Assembly (NCBI GenBank): GCA_002633005.1
Contig: NMRA01000539.1
Coordinates: 212,084 to 276,083, forward strand
Origin: Phoronis australis
Taxonomy: Eukaryota > Animalia > Phoronida
DNA length: 64,000 nt
Direction of reading: 5' to 3'
Notes under the pieces: model-generated
What the model saw: only the letters and a program-made list of their open reading frames with translations
Told to the model about the DNA's origin: nothing
The model's database searches: none
Part shown: positions 24,356 through 38,769 of the stretch, piece by piece
Position numbering within the stretch: the stretch's first letter is position 1
Layout: each line of letters begins with the position of its first letter
Program-made: the position numbers and the translations under genes

Positions 24356-27103
24356 ATGGCCATTAAGGATGTGTTACTGTTGGCTTTTGTTAGTAGAGTT
24401 CTAATTGGTGAGTAGATTTTGGTTGGGGTATATTGAAATTTAGACGTCATCAGATCTTGCTCAGGCAGGGCTTTTGAAATGCAATCCTTGACAACACCAT
24501 TCTGTTGTAGCAAAAGAGAAGATAACCAGCAGCTGATTGTTTCTGAAATGGTTGTTGCGCATTCTCTGGGTAAAAATTCATTACGTTTAGCGTGTTCTAA
24601 CTACGTTTTACGTGTGCCTTTGATAGATTGGTATAATTTTTTGATGGATTTTTAATTTTAAAACACTTGCAAATTGATGATTACTAAACCCAAAGAAAAC
24701 CTATATATCAAATAATCTTTGACAACAAAAAGGCACCAGACGCATTATTCACTGAATGCCAATAAGACCTCGTTCATTAAGTTACAGCTGCATGGTAACA
24801 TGTTGTTTGTGTTCTATTGTAGCCTGAGATTCAACTGACTTCCTATCCGAACATTCGTAACTCCACCTTTTCCAGGGGCGGATGCAGGATTTTGAGTTAA
24901 GGGGGGCCACGGCAATGTATTAGCCAGGATTTTGCCCGTCAGACATTCGCACACCGAACTGCCAAATAGAATCTGGAAGAATTTTAAGGGGGCCTTGGCC
25001 CCCATAAATCCGCCACTGTTTACCGTTTTACTTATACTCCACTCAGAAGATACTTTTTAACAAATACAGCGAAACGCCATGTTACACAAGGAACCTTATC
25101 GCTATAGCAAGTACGTTTAAGTTCTTAACACTCTCATATGTACGGTAAAAGACAGGCGTTTTACACTGTCCTTGTCCTAACTGATACAAGTGGAACCAGA
25201 ACTACCGAAGACCGTTTATTTACTTACTAAAGGATTGCTTTTTTACATGTTTAAGAAGATGATTTGCATTAAAATTCGACACCGATTGCACGATGCTCGT
25301 GTGGACTTGTCTGGCTCGTCTTCGTTATTTGTAAAATGTAAATATTTATTTCTCTCAAAAATCCTGGTATTTCCGTTTCTGTGAGGTCTTCAACTAAGCA
25401 TAAAATTTATTCCCTGTGAGCCTAGTCAAAAGACGTACCAAATGTGTAGGAGTTTAATGTATTGCGTTGAGGTTGTCCGGCTTGCCAAACGTTGTCTGAT
25501 GCTATTTCAAAAAATGTTGAGGGTATTATGGTCATGCAAACTTGATTCAGCAGCTGATTCCACCAAAAAATCTCTTCTTTCAAATTGCTACGCATTGGCA
25601 ATTAAATGGCTTCGAAATTTTAACCTTGTTACTCGGAAACTGAGAGTTGTTCGATTAAACTTTTGACTGACTGGTTTGCTTTAAAATTTCAAAAATCTTC
25701 AATTTGTTACGAAAAATAAATTGGAAAGAGTGCCCCAACTGAACTTGTCTTGACTTTAATTAGCTTTCTCTTTAGCCTATACGTCGTTTTATGCCCCCCA
25801 TTCACCGTCAGTTGAAACATATTCCCGGGCGTTCTGTGTCCACTGTCGGTAAACCGTTGGCTGGGTGGTTCTCAACCACAACATGTGTGGAATCGTTCAA
25901 ACCTAATGGAATCCATAGTGTTCATAACAGTGGTCGCTTTATCAGCTCTCGGTTCTAAACACGTGAGCATAGGCAGGGCGGTTACTGTCAGGCACAAGAT
26001 ATTTTCAGGCAGGCTACAGCGTTCAAGAAAACCTGGGTTGAAAAAAGAAATCATCCTCGAACGGATATGGGCGAGGATTCATAAACACAGATCAGCAGTA
26101 ATTATAAATCATTTTGTGTTTAACAGTTTCCTAAATCATCGAGCAAACGACCTTCGCTTCCCACAATCCTGTGTATACACTTTTGCTTATCATGGTACAA
26201 ATGCCCTGTAGTACCGGAAGAGACTGGTGTAGGCCAACACACATTAATTTCTGTATTCGTTAATGATACCTAAGATATGAAGGTGGTTAGGATTTTACTG
26301 AATTCGCCATCAACAATATGGAAATCAATTTTCATGTGGCTATCTCACTACTCAGTAAATGAAATGTGGGCCCGAAGTTTCCTTTACCCCTATAGTAATA
26401 GGCAATTCACGATTGCTTCAGACATTGAAGACAAAGGTAATTAAACAGCTCGAACTTGTAGTGAAACATGGCTTTTTTGGACATTTTGTAAATTTTGAAC
26501 AAGTAAACAAGCAAGCTACCGTGACAATGAATAATCCAACCGCCAACAAATCTACGTCCTTTAGTTGATAATAGTTACCAATCCGCGAAATATCCACCGT
26601 AATAGTTAAAAATAACTTTAAAAGTTAAAATGCTTTAGTGGTTGCATTTTATAAAATACTCCAAGTACGAGAACAGTCTTGTTTTAATTATCGACTTGAG
26701 TGTGTTAGTGTGTTAGGAATTAAGCACGAATTGTTTAGCCGAGTTTTTCTGATTAGCTAACACCCTCGACGGTCGATGCCCTAACAAAGATACTATCTTT
26801 GGCCCTAACTCCCTGGCAAGACCGGGTAACTCCGTTGAGTAAACATCAACGATACCAGGTCAAAGATACTATATAGGTACTATAGGTAACTGTAAAATCT
26901 TTGAGCACGTGTTCACGAGAATGTACACTGAGGGACGTCATTATAAATCAACTCAGTTTATCTTTTCGGAAAATCGGCGTTGCGGGTGTAAATTTTTAAG
27001 ACCACAGACTATACACAAAATTGTTTTGATGTTTTAGGTTTTGGCCGTTTGCGTGCAAAATGGCGTTCCACTCCCCATAACTTAAACACACTCACACACA
27101 CAC

Positions 27104-27148
<45 letters not shown>

Positions 27149-30100
27149 CACACACACGCACACACACACACACAGGGCAGAGGCTGCAGCGGCGTCGACA
27201 ACAGGAAGACGTTTTATTGATAGTTATAATAGCCTTGTACTGAAAAAATATTCTTAGGGTAAAGGCGCCCAGAAGGTGTTTTACCACAAACTTGTTTACA
27301 ACTCGAACACTCAAATCATTGTGACCTCAAACCAGCTTTTGAGGACACCGATGGATAACACAATCATCCAAATGTTTTCCCTTCGTGGTATCAGTTGGTT
27401 AGGAACATCAAAGGAGGCGGTGACGAGAACAACAATAGTTACGAACTATGTGGAAATGAATAAGCAAACACGCGTAAACAAAGACATTATTTAACTGACC
27501 AATAAATGGAAGGGTTCATGCCAGACTTCAATGAACACTGAATACAGCATCCATGGTAATTGAAACTGTGACTCGTAGAATTGAAGTGATTGTAAAAAGT
27601 GAAATGGAAACGTGCTGTCAACAGTATAGTGTCTTCACCAACTGAATTCTTTGGCTTGACGAACGCAACTCAGATTATAAGAAAATCTACCGAAGCTTAA
27701 GTTAAAAAAATAATCAATTCCTCTTCTTTAATTGTCTTCAAGTTCCCAGAGTTATTCCGTCGAATTTTAACAGTCTCCAAGTAGCGGATTTCCTAGTTAA
27801 TGGAAAATGTCGTGGAATTTCCGAACAACGAGGGCTCAGCATTTGAATTGCGTAACGACAGGCCAATAACCTTTGTCCATGCTTCTGAAATGTCTCTCGG
27901 TAAATGTAAATATGACAGTTTTCCCGTCAATTTGGTGGGGTGAGGTGCTTGTTTCCACAGAGCTACTGTGACACGTTCACGTCTCGTCTGCGTGAAACAA
28001 GTGAATAGACACTTTTACTTGTGCAAATCTTGTCATTGTCAAAATTTTATACCTTTTTGGAAGGTTATGAAGCACGGGAAAACAATGAACTCATCCTATG
28101 CTACTGTCCTGAAGAGCAAAAATTAATACAATTGAATTTTTTTAGCGAAATTGTTCTTGTAATCGCAACAAGTTTTAATGAATGTTAATGCCATAGCAAG
28201 CTAAATAATGACACAGAGAATACCTTGTTCTAGCTTTAGAGACAACCCTGTTCCGTTTAAGAATTTGGAAATGTCAATTAATAATTCATTTTACACTGAA
28301 GTGCTTAAGAGCTTAGAGCCTTTGAATATAGAAGTTTTTAAGAATATTCCTACTATCAAACAGCTCTTGTGGAATAGTCAGAACATTTTAGTTAGTTATT
28401 TTCTAGATAATGAAGATAGAATTCTTGGCTGGGATTTGATCAAAATTAAAAAACAATCTCAAGAACTTTTGTATGTTGCAATACAAAGTGGTTGTTAGTG
28501 CATTAAGGAAGCATCTTGGCGAATTAGAAGCAAGATCTTTTGGTTGTAACAACTTTCATTTTATTAATTATAATAGTTGTAGTAAAGATTGGTTTAAAAT
28601 TCTACTATATTATATACTTTTGCACAGAAACCCATGTGCCATTAAGTAAATATTATAAGGAAAATGAAACCAGAGAAATTTATTTTTCACCTTTTTAGCC
28701 TTCTCATAAATCCTGAATTAAAGAACTTCAGATACCTCTTTACCCATAGCAGAATATTTACAAATATCACTCTATACAAAATAGGGGTGGTCCAAACTGA
28801 TAAGTGCCCCTATTGTGATGAGTTACAGACTTTACTTCATACGTTTTATTATTGCACCTGTGTCAGGACTTTTGGAAATCAATGCATGCTCTCATAATTA
28901 AAGCGCTAAATACTCAATACATGTTTACGATTTGGGACATATTAGATTTTGTTCAAAACTCTAATCCAAATCACAAATTAATTTGCAATACCATTAACAC
29001 AATTGCTCTTTACTTCATTTATCAGACAACAGAATTAGAAAAGCCTCTCCTTTTTATGATTTCAAGTTGAAGTTACAAACTTTTATAAACACAATTTTAA
29101 CTGATACCTCGGACACAAATGTGGATAAATGGAGAGGTCTGCACACATGCTTTTAATTATTATTCTATAAATGATTAAAGTTCTACTGTTAATATCATTT
29201 TTATTTATATGTATGTTTGTATGTACTTATATAGCACCTAATTACACCAGACATCATATCAGCACAGCCTGAGTGTGTGTATGAATGGCGCGTGAAAGTT
29301 CTTCCCCCGTTCCCCTTTCCCTTTTCAGTTGCATTTTGTTGCCTTATATATTGATTGGTTAATATTATATACTTTTGTTAAAGCCGGATCTGAGGCGCGC
29401 AACCGCAGACTGGCTTTGCATTATTGGCTGGGCAATAAATGTATGAAAAAGATATTCCAAGAAATTGCCGAGTTTCTATGTTAATGTATTTAGATGCATT
29501 TTACAGTCTGCGCTGTAGCTGTGTAAACCATCAAGTGTCGTATCCGTTGTGATTGGTGAGACTGAAATACATTCAATTGTTGACTACTGCAATTTGCTGT
29601 TTTGTGCTGGCCAAAAATATTCCTTTTCATACAAATTTTGCAATATTCATTTGCGAAACAATTGACCAGTAGTCAAATGAGTCAAGTGAATTTGTGCTTT
29701 CGATTTTCATCAACCTTTTTAGTTAAAAAATGATGCAATTAAAGGGCGTTTACTTACAGATAGTATATAGCTTCCTTAAATAGAGAGATTTATAGCATAA
29801 TTTTCTCCAAGCGCCTTTTCGCGGGAACCATTAATGTTGGACAAATGCTTCTAAGACTATAACTTGCTGGAAAATGCCGAATATTTAGATCTATGGTTAA
29901 AATTTTGAAACTCCACGTACTGGTTCAAAGTCGAAAGACACTCGCAATCCATTTGCCAAGTCAAAAACATTTGAGTTTGGAAAGGGAAATGGTTGATTCA
30001 GTCCTTTTGAAAGTAATTCAGATATAGAAAGCCATCCCTGCCTGTTACGGCAAATGATTCACTTGCACAGTTCTTACTTTGTTCGTTATTTCAGGATTTT

Positions 30101-33100
30101 TCGTTTTGAAGACGAGTGACGTAATAAATGCTGTGGTAGTTGCCGTGGATTCTGAAACGGTGACGGAAGGGGGAAACGTAACCCTATCGTGTAGATACAA
30201 CCTGACCACGAAAACTGACAACGGGACGACAAGGTATGAGCTCGAAAATGTGGAATGGTATGTCGTTCGTCCCGGCAGTGATTACAAAAGGAGGATATTT
30301 AAAAAGGATCTCAATCGACAACCCCGAGTGGAGTACCCGTACAAGGGAAGGATACAATACGTTGGCTCTGATGACCATGATGGATCGATTGTTTTGTCAG
30401 AAGTGACCTTACAAGACGAGGGAAGATATGTATGTGAGGTTTATGTTGTCTTGGACAGTCGGACGGGGCAGGGTTCGTCCAACGCGACTACCGTTACTGT
30501 GCAAGGTATGCCAAAGTTCAGCTCAAATGTAAAAGTCCTGGGGATGGGGCGCTGGTTGGGGGTGAGGGTGAGGATGGATCGCTCATGAATAGGAGGGATC
30601 GGATGGGAAGTGTCGCCAACTTGGGTGGGGATATTTTGCTCTAACAACTATCATGCTGGATATCTATTTTGCTCTGACGAGTGGTTTGCCTTCATGTATG
30701 TGTTTGACTTAGGGATACATTCTGCACTAGAATGAGTAATCTAAAAAGTGGCAACTTATCCAANNNNNNNNNNGTCTGCAGAAGTCTCGCGTGCCCATTG
30801 TTCGGGTTGATCTAGATTGTGAATGAACGGCAGCTCCCTGGCCCACCTATTACGTGAAAAGTGAAAACCCAAAGAAAATTGGAATCTAATTTCTTTACAT
30901 TTCTTTCTCACACCTTTGGGTAATCATGCGCTGTCTTTGAGTGAGTCATGTCAGTATCATTCACAAGGCATTTACTAAAACGACTTTATTTTGACAGCTA
31001 TTATTTTGTCAATGGAAATATTGCGATGCAACACTGCACTACGTAGTAGTAAAAAGCGCTTTGGTTAACAATGTCAGAGTGGCCAAAATCCCAAATATTC
31101 GCTGAGGGTTATTAAATACGTCCTTTCTTTTGTTTTTATCACATTACAACAAAGAATAACGTTCACCAACAGATTGATATCACTAAAATATTATAAATAC
31201 AACAAGTATTTGCCTCTTATTATCACCTTGTAGGTGAAGTTCCGCGTGCCATTTAGTAGGTGCACCACCAGGAGCGAACTTATTAAATTCTTTCTTTGCT
31301 TTGAAAAATTAATGTTACGATGAAAGTAACAAACTATTATTAGTATTTTTGCAAAGAGGAAGCGAAGAATCAACCCCTGTGAAAGTAAGAAGCTAGACAA
31401 GTAAAAACACAGTTCTAGACTGGACACATGGCCTTGTGGCGAACCGTTATATAACAGGAAACTAGCTCTCGCGGAGGTATGTTCGGTTGATATATTTAAC
31501 ACAGGGAGTGAACAGATGTGACGCCCGATTATGCCTAGGCTGGGTCTCGTCTGTTGTGAATGAGTGCATGACCTGTGCGAGTGACCTATAACAACACCGC
31601 GCCATCGGTGGAAAGTCTTGTGGTCAACATTTGCTCTGGTGTCAATTGCGATTGTTCGTAAAAATAACATTCTTTGCGTAAACAACTTTTTTGAAAATTC
31701 TGTGCCAAGATTTAAGATTTAAGTTTTGAAATGCTTTTAATCATACATGATGGAGATTAGGCGAAAGAAACCAGTAAAATGATATTTTTAGGTCATCGGT
31801 CCAGGTCAAATTGTCGCAAACAAGAGAAACGTCTTTGGGTTCACACCCATGTCATAGGCGGAGGGAGTTCCAATGCGCACTTAAAATCCAGTCCTACGCA
31901 ATACTAGTGGGGATGGAAAAATGAGCACCCGAGGCGATCATACCAAATGATAGAAAACTCAGTCACTCTCAGTTTTTAACAGACCAATTATTAAGTACAC
32001 TAATAATTTACAGTAATTTACAATAACTTTGTTTTTACAATCATGCATAATCTAGGTTGTTGCAAAGTGACTTGAAATCTTTATCATTACATACATAACA
32101 ATAATAGTAATAGTGATGGTAATAATGATGATGATGATGATGATAATAGTAATGATAATAGAAATAATAGAAATAAACGTGTGTGAGTTGGCTGGATCGT
32201 CACAATTCTGCTCCCCTTTTTTCGAGTTACCGCAGTCGGCGCAACACCCCCCCCCCTGTAGCCACAATTGTCGAGTTACCTCCCATCTGAGTTTCCGCAA
32301 TTTTTTTCTACTTCCCGGAGTGAACAGTTGATACAAGTTCTTAGTATAACTTGGTATAATATTGATTTTCTCTTTTTATATAATTTGCTGTCAATGCGGT
32401 TTCTGGAATATTGTTGCCGTTTTTCAATTGTATTCTGGACTACTCAAGTTTTAGTGTTGAATTATCCATAGCTTTTATTCAAATCTAGGTGTGGGGGGTG
32501 CAACTGTCCCCCTGCCCCCGACTGTAGTACGCCCATGGGTCAAGCCTTAATTTTCCATAATTCAAAGCAAAAAGTCACACGTCTGCCCACCTGGATCTCG
32601 GCCATTTTTTCACATACAGCGAGTCCGTAGGCTTAAACAGTTTCCAATTAAAAAGACTGTAGATATTCCATATCGTGATTTATCGAAACCAGTAAGTTTA
32701 ACCGTGTGCTTGATTTTCTAGTGCCACCATCAACACCAATCATCGAAGGTTGCCCTATCTCTGTTTACGCCTCGGACACGATCAGCTTGTCCTGTTCAGC
32801 AGAACCCGGGAAACCCCAGGGAGAAATCACGTGGCACAAGCGACTAGCAGACGACACCCTGGTGACTTTGGGATCGGGCCATCAAGAATCCGTCGAAAGA
32901 CTACGAAATGGAAAACAAAGGTTGACCAGTGTGTTTCGAACGAAAATTGAGATGACAGACGACAATTCCAGATTTATTTGCATGGTGAATAATTCAGCAG
33001 TGACTGGTGATCCACCATCGGTCGTTACTCACTCCATCAAAGTTGTTGGTGAGTTTATGAAAACGTGGTGTCATATCGAGTGAGCTTATTATTAATGATC

Positions 33101-35522
33101 TTTAGAACGCAGTGCGACGACGCAGTTACAGTAACACAGACAGGGAACCATTATAGGGTCGTCATTTATTTATTTTGTTGGAACACTTATCTCTGTTATA
33201 CTCCAAACGCCGCAAAGAATATGCTAGGCTACTGACGTCATTGTTTGATTGCATTTGGCAACTTCTGCTACATTATAGCTTATAATAGTTTCCGAATTCG
33301 TTATTTTACTGAGAGTATTGAAACTACTGATAAGGAACGTTGCGCTTATGTTTGGTGTGGGTTTCAAACAACCATCACATTGTTTCTGCAGAGCGTACTG
33401 ACACCATTTCCACAACTGACGGCAGCAGCGCCGCAGAGTTTGACGAAGTGACAACCGAGTCTTCGGAGAGCTCCTCTGAATCTTTATTTAAGACACATTA
33501 CAGACAAGAAAATCCTTCCTCGTCATTGCTGGCAGCAAGCACTCCTCCCACCACAACCGAAATGAAATCGACCACCAGAGAAAGGAGTCCGCCGATTCCT
33601 ACAGAAGCGCCCAAGAAACCTCCAATAATATCCACGTCAACAAATGCTTGCCAGGCGTTTAAACCGGGAATGAAAATCAAATTATATTGCCACGCCAATC
33701 TTGGACAAAACGCTGTGCTAGAGTGGAGAAAGGAATTGAGCTCCGGACGACACGTGGAGCTGAGAGGCCTTCGAGATGATTATTACCAAAATAGATATAC
33801 GTCTGTAGTACTGGAGAAACCGAATCCGAAAAAATTGTCGCAAGTCATAAGTGTCCTCGAGGATGGCCTTACAACTGAAGACGAAAGATCACGCTACCAC
33901 TGTGTAATAAAACGAGGCTCCCGGGAACTTAAGGACTCGTTCACGGTTCAGTTCCAAGGTAAACAAATAATTACAAGTGATTTTAATGCACCCATTAGCA
34001 CAACAGCACAACGCTCCCGTAGTCCCCGAAATCGGCATGCCCACGGAGTTTTTTGATAGTGTCCTCAGACGGGAGGAGGACACCATGCTTGAAACGAGGT
34101 TTAACCAAAAATATAACGAAGCACGGACCTGGAAACACGAAATATAGTGCAGTGGATACGAAGAATCGGCGACTTCTCGTTTTTTCGAATCCCCAAAACA
34201 TTGGTTTTACATTTTCGTGCAGACTTCCATGATATTTTCGGGTCTGTATAACATATTCCTATGAAGTCAGATTCGAATTTCTTCACCGAGCGTGCTACAC
34301 AGTACAGCGGCTGATCTAAGTTAGTTCAAGAAATTTAAACCTACCTCAGAAGGTGCGACTAAATGTGAGCCCCGCAGCTGAAATCTTAGTTCCGCCCTGG
34401 TAGTCAGCAGTTAAAATCATTTATGCCTCGTAGATTTTTATCAGTAATCACACTCAATTGCAGTCATTATTTCACCAAAGTAAAGTCTCTGTTTTTTCTG
34501 TGTATGTGCGAATAACCTTGTTAATACCGCTTTTTTCATTGAAAAATATATCTTACTGGAGTCAGTTAGACAATGCATTCCCAGAATTGGAAACACATTC
34601 ATTCGTCAACGAATTCACCATTTATGTCTTCGGTGTTTGTTCACAGATCCGTGTAACTGCCCTGAGAGAGTACCGGAACCAAAAGAAAGTCCTACTACCA
34701 TCAGTCGTAACGACATGGGAGCCATTATCGCCGCCATTGTTTTGGGTACTGTCCTGGTAGTACTTGTAATCACGTGCGTCCTTTTTGTAATGGTACGCCT
34801 GTACTACAGACGCCGAACTGATGGGAAATTTCTGTTAGGTAATTCAAACAGTAAATACATTGTACATACTAATTTTGGTGTCGCCAATTTATGTTGTTAT
34901 CGAGACTTAAACGTTGTTTTTCTCATTTTCTATGCCGCCTATGTTGATCTTTTGTAGCACTGTCATTGCCCAAGGACCCGAGAAACTTCGACGTATAGAT
35001 ACATTGAGAATTAAAAAGGGTATAGAACATAAGAAATTTCAATCTTTTAAAGCAATCTCTGCCACCAATAAATCCACAGATGTCATTGAAGTTATTGTAG
35101 TACTGACGTAGACAACATTAGGCGTTATTTGTACGACTGTTTTTCTAGATTTACCCGTGCATCCTCGAACTGAACCAAGAGAAACGCAGCAACCACCTGT
35201 GACTCGTACCGAGCAGCAACTCAGTCAAGAAGGGAACGAAAGATACGTGCCACCGTCCCCAACCCACCATAACCAGCGGACGGCACCACAACAGAACGAA
35301 GAGCACGTCTACTTCGAAATTCAACATGGCGAAGTTTGTCCTAACGGGAATTGTAGCAATGGCGATGTTCCTGCCCAGTACACGACTATGAACGGTCCGA
35401 CGCCAGGAGCGCAGTATGAAGAACCAGTTTGCTGTTGCAAGAAAAATTGCAAACATAAGCGCAATGATTACTTTGTGCTAGAGGACGTAAACGGCAGCTG
35501 TAAGAAACAACGGAAAAAGTAA
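24356..35522 (+). CDS. Type I transmembrane Ig-superfamily receptor, ~640 aa (signal peptide, IgV, IgC2-like, Ser/Thr mucin-like stalk, Ig, TM, Tyr-motif cytoplasmic tail)
   Basis: All introns phase 1. Exons: 24356-24407 (MAIKDVLLLAFVSRVLI, G|GTGAGT; least certain), 30095-30505 (VTLSC...VEW...DEGRYVC), 32722-33048 (SLSCSAEPGKP..ITW...RFIC), 33392-33958, 34647-34838 (TM AIIAAIVLGTVLVVLVITCVLFVMV-RLYYRRR), 35149-35522. Total 1923 nt. Confidence 0.85.
24873..25018. mobile_element. Small GC-rich MITE, same family as 2766-2929
   Basis: CAGGGGCGGATGCAGGATTTTGAGTT...TAAATCCGCCACTG; shares GTATTAGCCAGGATTTT with the 2766 copy. Confidence 0.65.
27086..27173. repeat. Compound (CA)n/(CACG)n microsatellite
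   Basis: Directly visible. Confidence 0.95.
28208..29160 (+). mobile_element. Frameshifted 3' fragment of an L1/Tx1-like LINE ORF2 (zf-RVT region) in Ig gene intron 1
   Basis: HSRIFTNITLYKIGVVQTDKCPYCDELQTLLHTFYYC...(frameshift)DFW fits the CxxC...H...C..W zf-RVT pattern. Confidence 0.75.
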
Positions 35523-37938
35523 AACGTAAAGGGTAAAGCTGCGACCACGGGTGTGCCAATCTATGACTCATGTCACCGCAACTGTCCATGATGCGAGGAA
35601 TCGTGCCTTCTGCGACGGTTTGTGACTCTACAAAACTCAACGCAGTTGAACTAAATCTGTAATATCATTCAATCAAACAGCTATGTTTGTTGGTGTTACT
35701 TTAGTCTGGCATTGAGATGAGTCGCATCGAGCAGTGTGCGACGTTCAGTCGTGATAAGAGATACACACAATTTGTGGACCTACGCGCAGGATGTCGCAAG
35801 AGCGGGGTTACCATCATTTTCATAAAAACTAATCCCCAAGACAGCGAGCCCTCTACGGTGCTCCCTAAATCCGCCTAAACAAACCCTTTGAAATGATTCG
35901 CCCGGTGTCAAGTATCGAGCGACTGATTTCAGCTCTGTCTACACAGTCCGACGAGTTCAGTGTATGGAATTGTGTTACGACTTTGCTTACGTCAATCAGG
36001 GTTTGCAGAGAGCGGTTCAAAAGCCGTGAACAACTTCACTCGAGTCGGCCATAGATCGGAGCAAAATCGGACATCCTTCATTTCAAATGACCAGTCGCAT
36101 ACACGTTTTTAGCTCGAAAAGCTAAGTGGCCGGGAACACTTGTCTACTCACTATCATTGTATAATTATATATGTAAACAGGAATCGATTACAAAGTCGTG
36201 TACGACTAGTCGGAGTGAAAAGGTAGAAATTCAAATGTGCCATAAAATGAGTGTTGTCAAGGGTCTGATAACTGACATCCAATACACAAGGGGCGAACGA
36301 GAAGGCTTCCGTCGTTCGGGGATCCTTTGGGCATATAGTGCGGAGCGTGGCACCACCAGTAATATTTTGATTTGAAGCCGGACCGCACAATCAATAGTAA
36401 TCTTATTCGAGTTTCATTTCATACGTGTCTTGGGAGTTTAAATTTGAACAAAAGTAAAACGAAATTAAAAAGATATTTAATAATTTAACCTATTTTAGGG
36501 TTATGTAGAAAGGCCAAGTGTCTCCCGGATGGATACTTTATACAACCTTCCAATCTCCGCTCATTAGCATATAAGAAGGATGCTTGAGAGCCCTCTTGTC
36601 TATGTACATATTAGGAGGTCAAAGGTTTAATTTCGTTAAAGGTTTAATTTCGTTATGATGCTGCTGCAAGAAGTGAACGCAATCCACAAGTTGTAGTGAC
36701 ACCTGTGTTTTCAAATATGCATAACCGGTGCTTTATTATCGCGGCTGCCTACAATTCTTCAGCACGTCTATTGTACAGTACGTTCGTTTCGTCTAAACAC
36801 GCAAAAGTACAGGATTATCACTCAAACATAAAAATCCCAAAAGATAAAGAAAATTCTTTCGTTTGGTGTTACGCAACGCTTACATAGGCGAAGTCCAAAT
36901 GTTATCATTGATACCAATACCTCTAGGCTACTTTGCCTTGGTTATAGACAAAAGAAGACCATCGCCATCGTTTTCCCTTTAACAGTGGTGTTGTTGGTGG
37001 GGGAAGGGTCTGTTCGAGGCGCCACCGCATGGAAGGGGGCAGCACAATGACCGGGAGAAGCAACATTTGGCTGCGACTGGTCGGGTGGCTAGCGGCTAAG
37101 GAATGGGTGACGCAAAAATGTTGACACTGGACTGGACGGGAAAGGGGGCGGCATCGTTACGTTACGCCTCGGGCAGCGATAATCCTAGCCAAACAATGTG
37201 CATGCACGTTTTTACTATACTGCTACACTCTGTGGTGCAGTATCGCTACTGTGTCTGGCAGGTCTGTCCACACTGGACTAACTGAAATCTTTTGAGAAGA
37301 AAAAAGGAGAGGGGTATGTCTAGTAAGTTTACTTAGAACCTTAAATGATTCTCTGTTTCTGTGCTGGTGAGTAAAATACAGCCTGTGTCTCAACAAATGA
37401 ATTTGTAAATATTAACTGTAAATAAACATGTGATATTATGCATTGCAACTACTTTTCATGATTAATTAAAAATACAAAATTACATTTACGAGTAACCAGT
37501 CGTCGTCATCACCATCATCGACGGTGTCACGGGTTAAGAGGTATAGATTATAGGGACTGTGCAAACATTGTTACATTGTCGAGTTTGCTTTACCATGCTC
37601 AGTACATCAATCATTCGTGTCATGAACACAGGCAGCAAAACAAACAAGCAAACAACACTACAATCTGAGAAAGAATGTTTGGCACTCTTGACTAGTGCTT
37701 GGGTGAACTAATTGGAGTGTAATTGAACTGAATACGGCATTAGAATTTAGCTCTGGCTCTTTCGAATCCATTAGTATTCAATGGAAAGTCACTCTCCCGT
37801 GAAGAAATTTTAAAAAGCTTATCATTTTGGTTTCGTTACACAGAGGAAGGACTCAAATACTTTGATATGCAATACGAAGTCGTAAAATATTCGATTAAAA
37901 GAGCAGTACAAGTCTAAAAGTTCCAATCATGTGATGGA

Positions 37939-38738
37939 GGGATTTAGCTTGTTGTTCTAAAAATTTTACTGTTACGACCCCCTCGACCTACATGTACAAC
38001 CCCCTCTACCCAGTCTACACAAGCTCGACTCGATCAGAACATAGGACAAGCGCTGACTTGCAGGACCGATGAGTTGGCCTGTGAGATCGGCAGGCTTTTC
38101 CCTGGTTTTCGCAATTAAAGAGTCGATTCGACATATTTTGAAAGCCAAAAACAGAAAAAAAACGCGACCAAATCAAATGAAAGACCTACAACTGTCATTC
38201 CCGGCAGAGTGTAATCGCATCGTCTGCTCTTCAGTGAATGGTAGATTCAACCATTTTGCGGAGTGCGAGCCACTGACAAAACTGTAATTTCATCAGTAAA
38301 TAAAATACAAACTGTTAACTAAAAAGTATTCCGAAGTTTAATGGAGTATACTGTAAACGGGAATACAACAGAAAGCAAATAAAAATGTGAAATTATGTAA
38401 ATTCACGTTAACGTACTCTCTCCCTAAGTTTAGTAGAACTGGGCCATAGGTAGCCGCTCGCGGAACTATTTCCGTGACAACGATAGCGCGCTCACAATGC
38501 GCTATTTCAGGTCACGTTCTCACGCACCTTTCTGTTTTTAATCTCCAGACTTAAGCCAGAGCAGACTCGCGTGCAGGTATGACTTATGGGATAGTCACTC
38601 AGCTACATAAAAAGATTATGAAATGTGTAAAAAGCACAAAAATACTTCTATTACCACAGGTTGTGGGTCGAGGGGGTTGTGGGTTGAGGGGTCGTGTGTC
38701 CAGGGGTGTGGGCTTTGAGGGTTTTTTAAAACAATCCC
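37939..38738. mobile_element. Non-autonomous element with inverted subterminal CCCCTCGACC arrays
   Basis: GGGATT.../...AATCCC ends; CCCCTCGACC repeats near the left end and GGTCGAGGGG repeats near the right end; paralogous copy at 57060-57625. Confidence 0.5.
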
Positions 38739-38769
38739 TGAATTAGGCCACCTGTGAAAGAGGGCGAAC

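Noticed and set aside
25907-25963. Alternative signal-peptide exon MESIVFITVVALSALGSKH for the Ig receptor
   Set aside because: Its GTGAGC donor is phase 0 while the IgV exon needs phase 1; the 24356 exon fits.
32052-32336. Poly-Ile / poly-Met ORFs
   Set aside because: Translation of an (ATG/ATA)n microsatellite.
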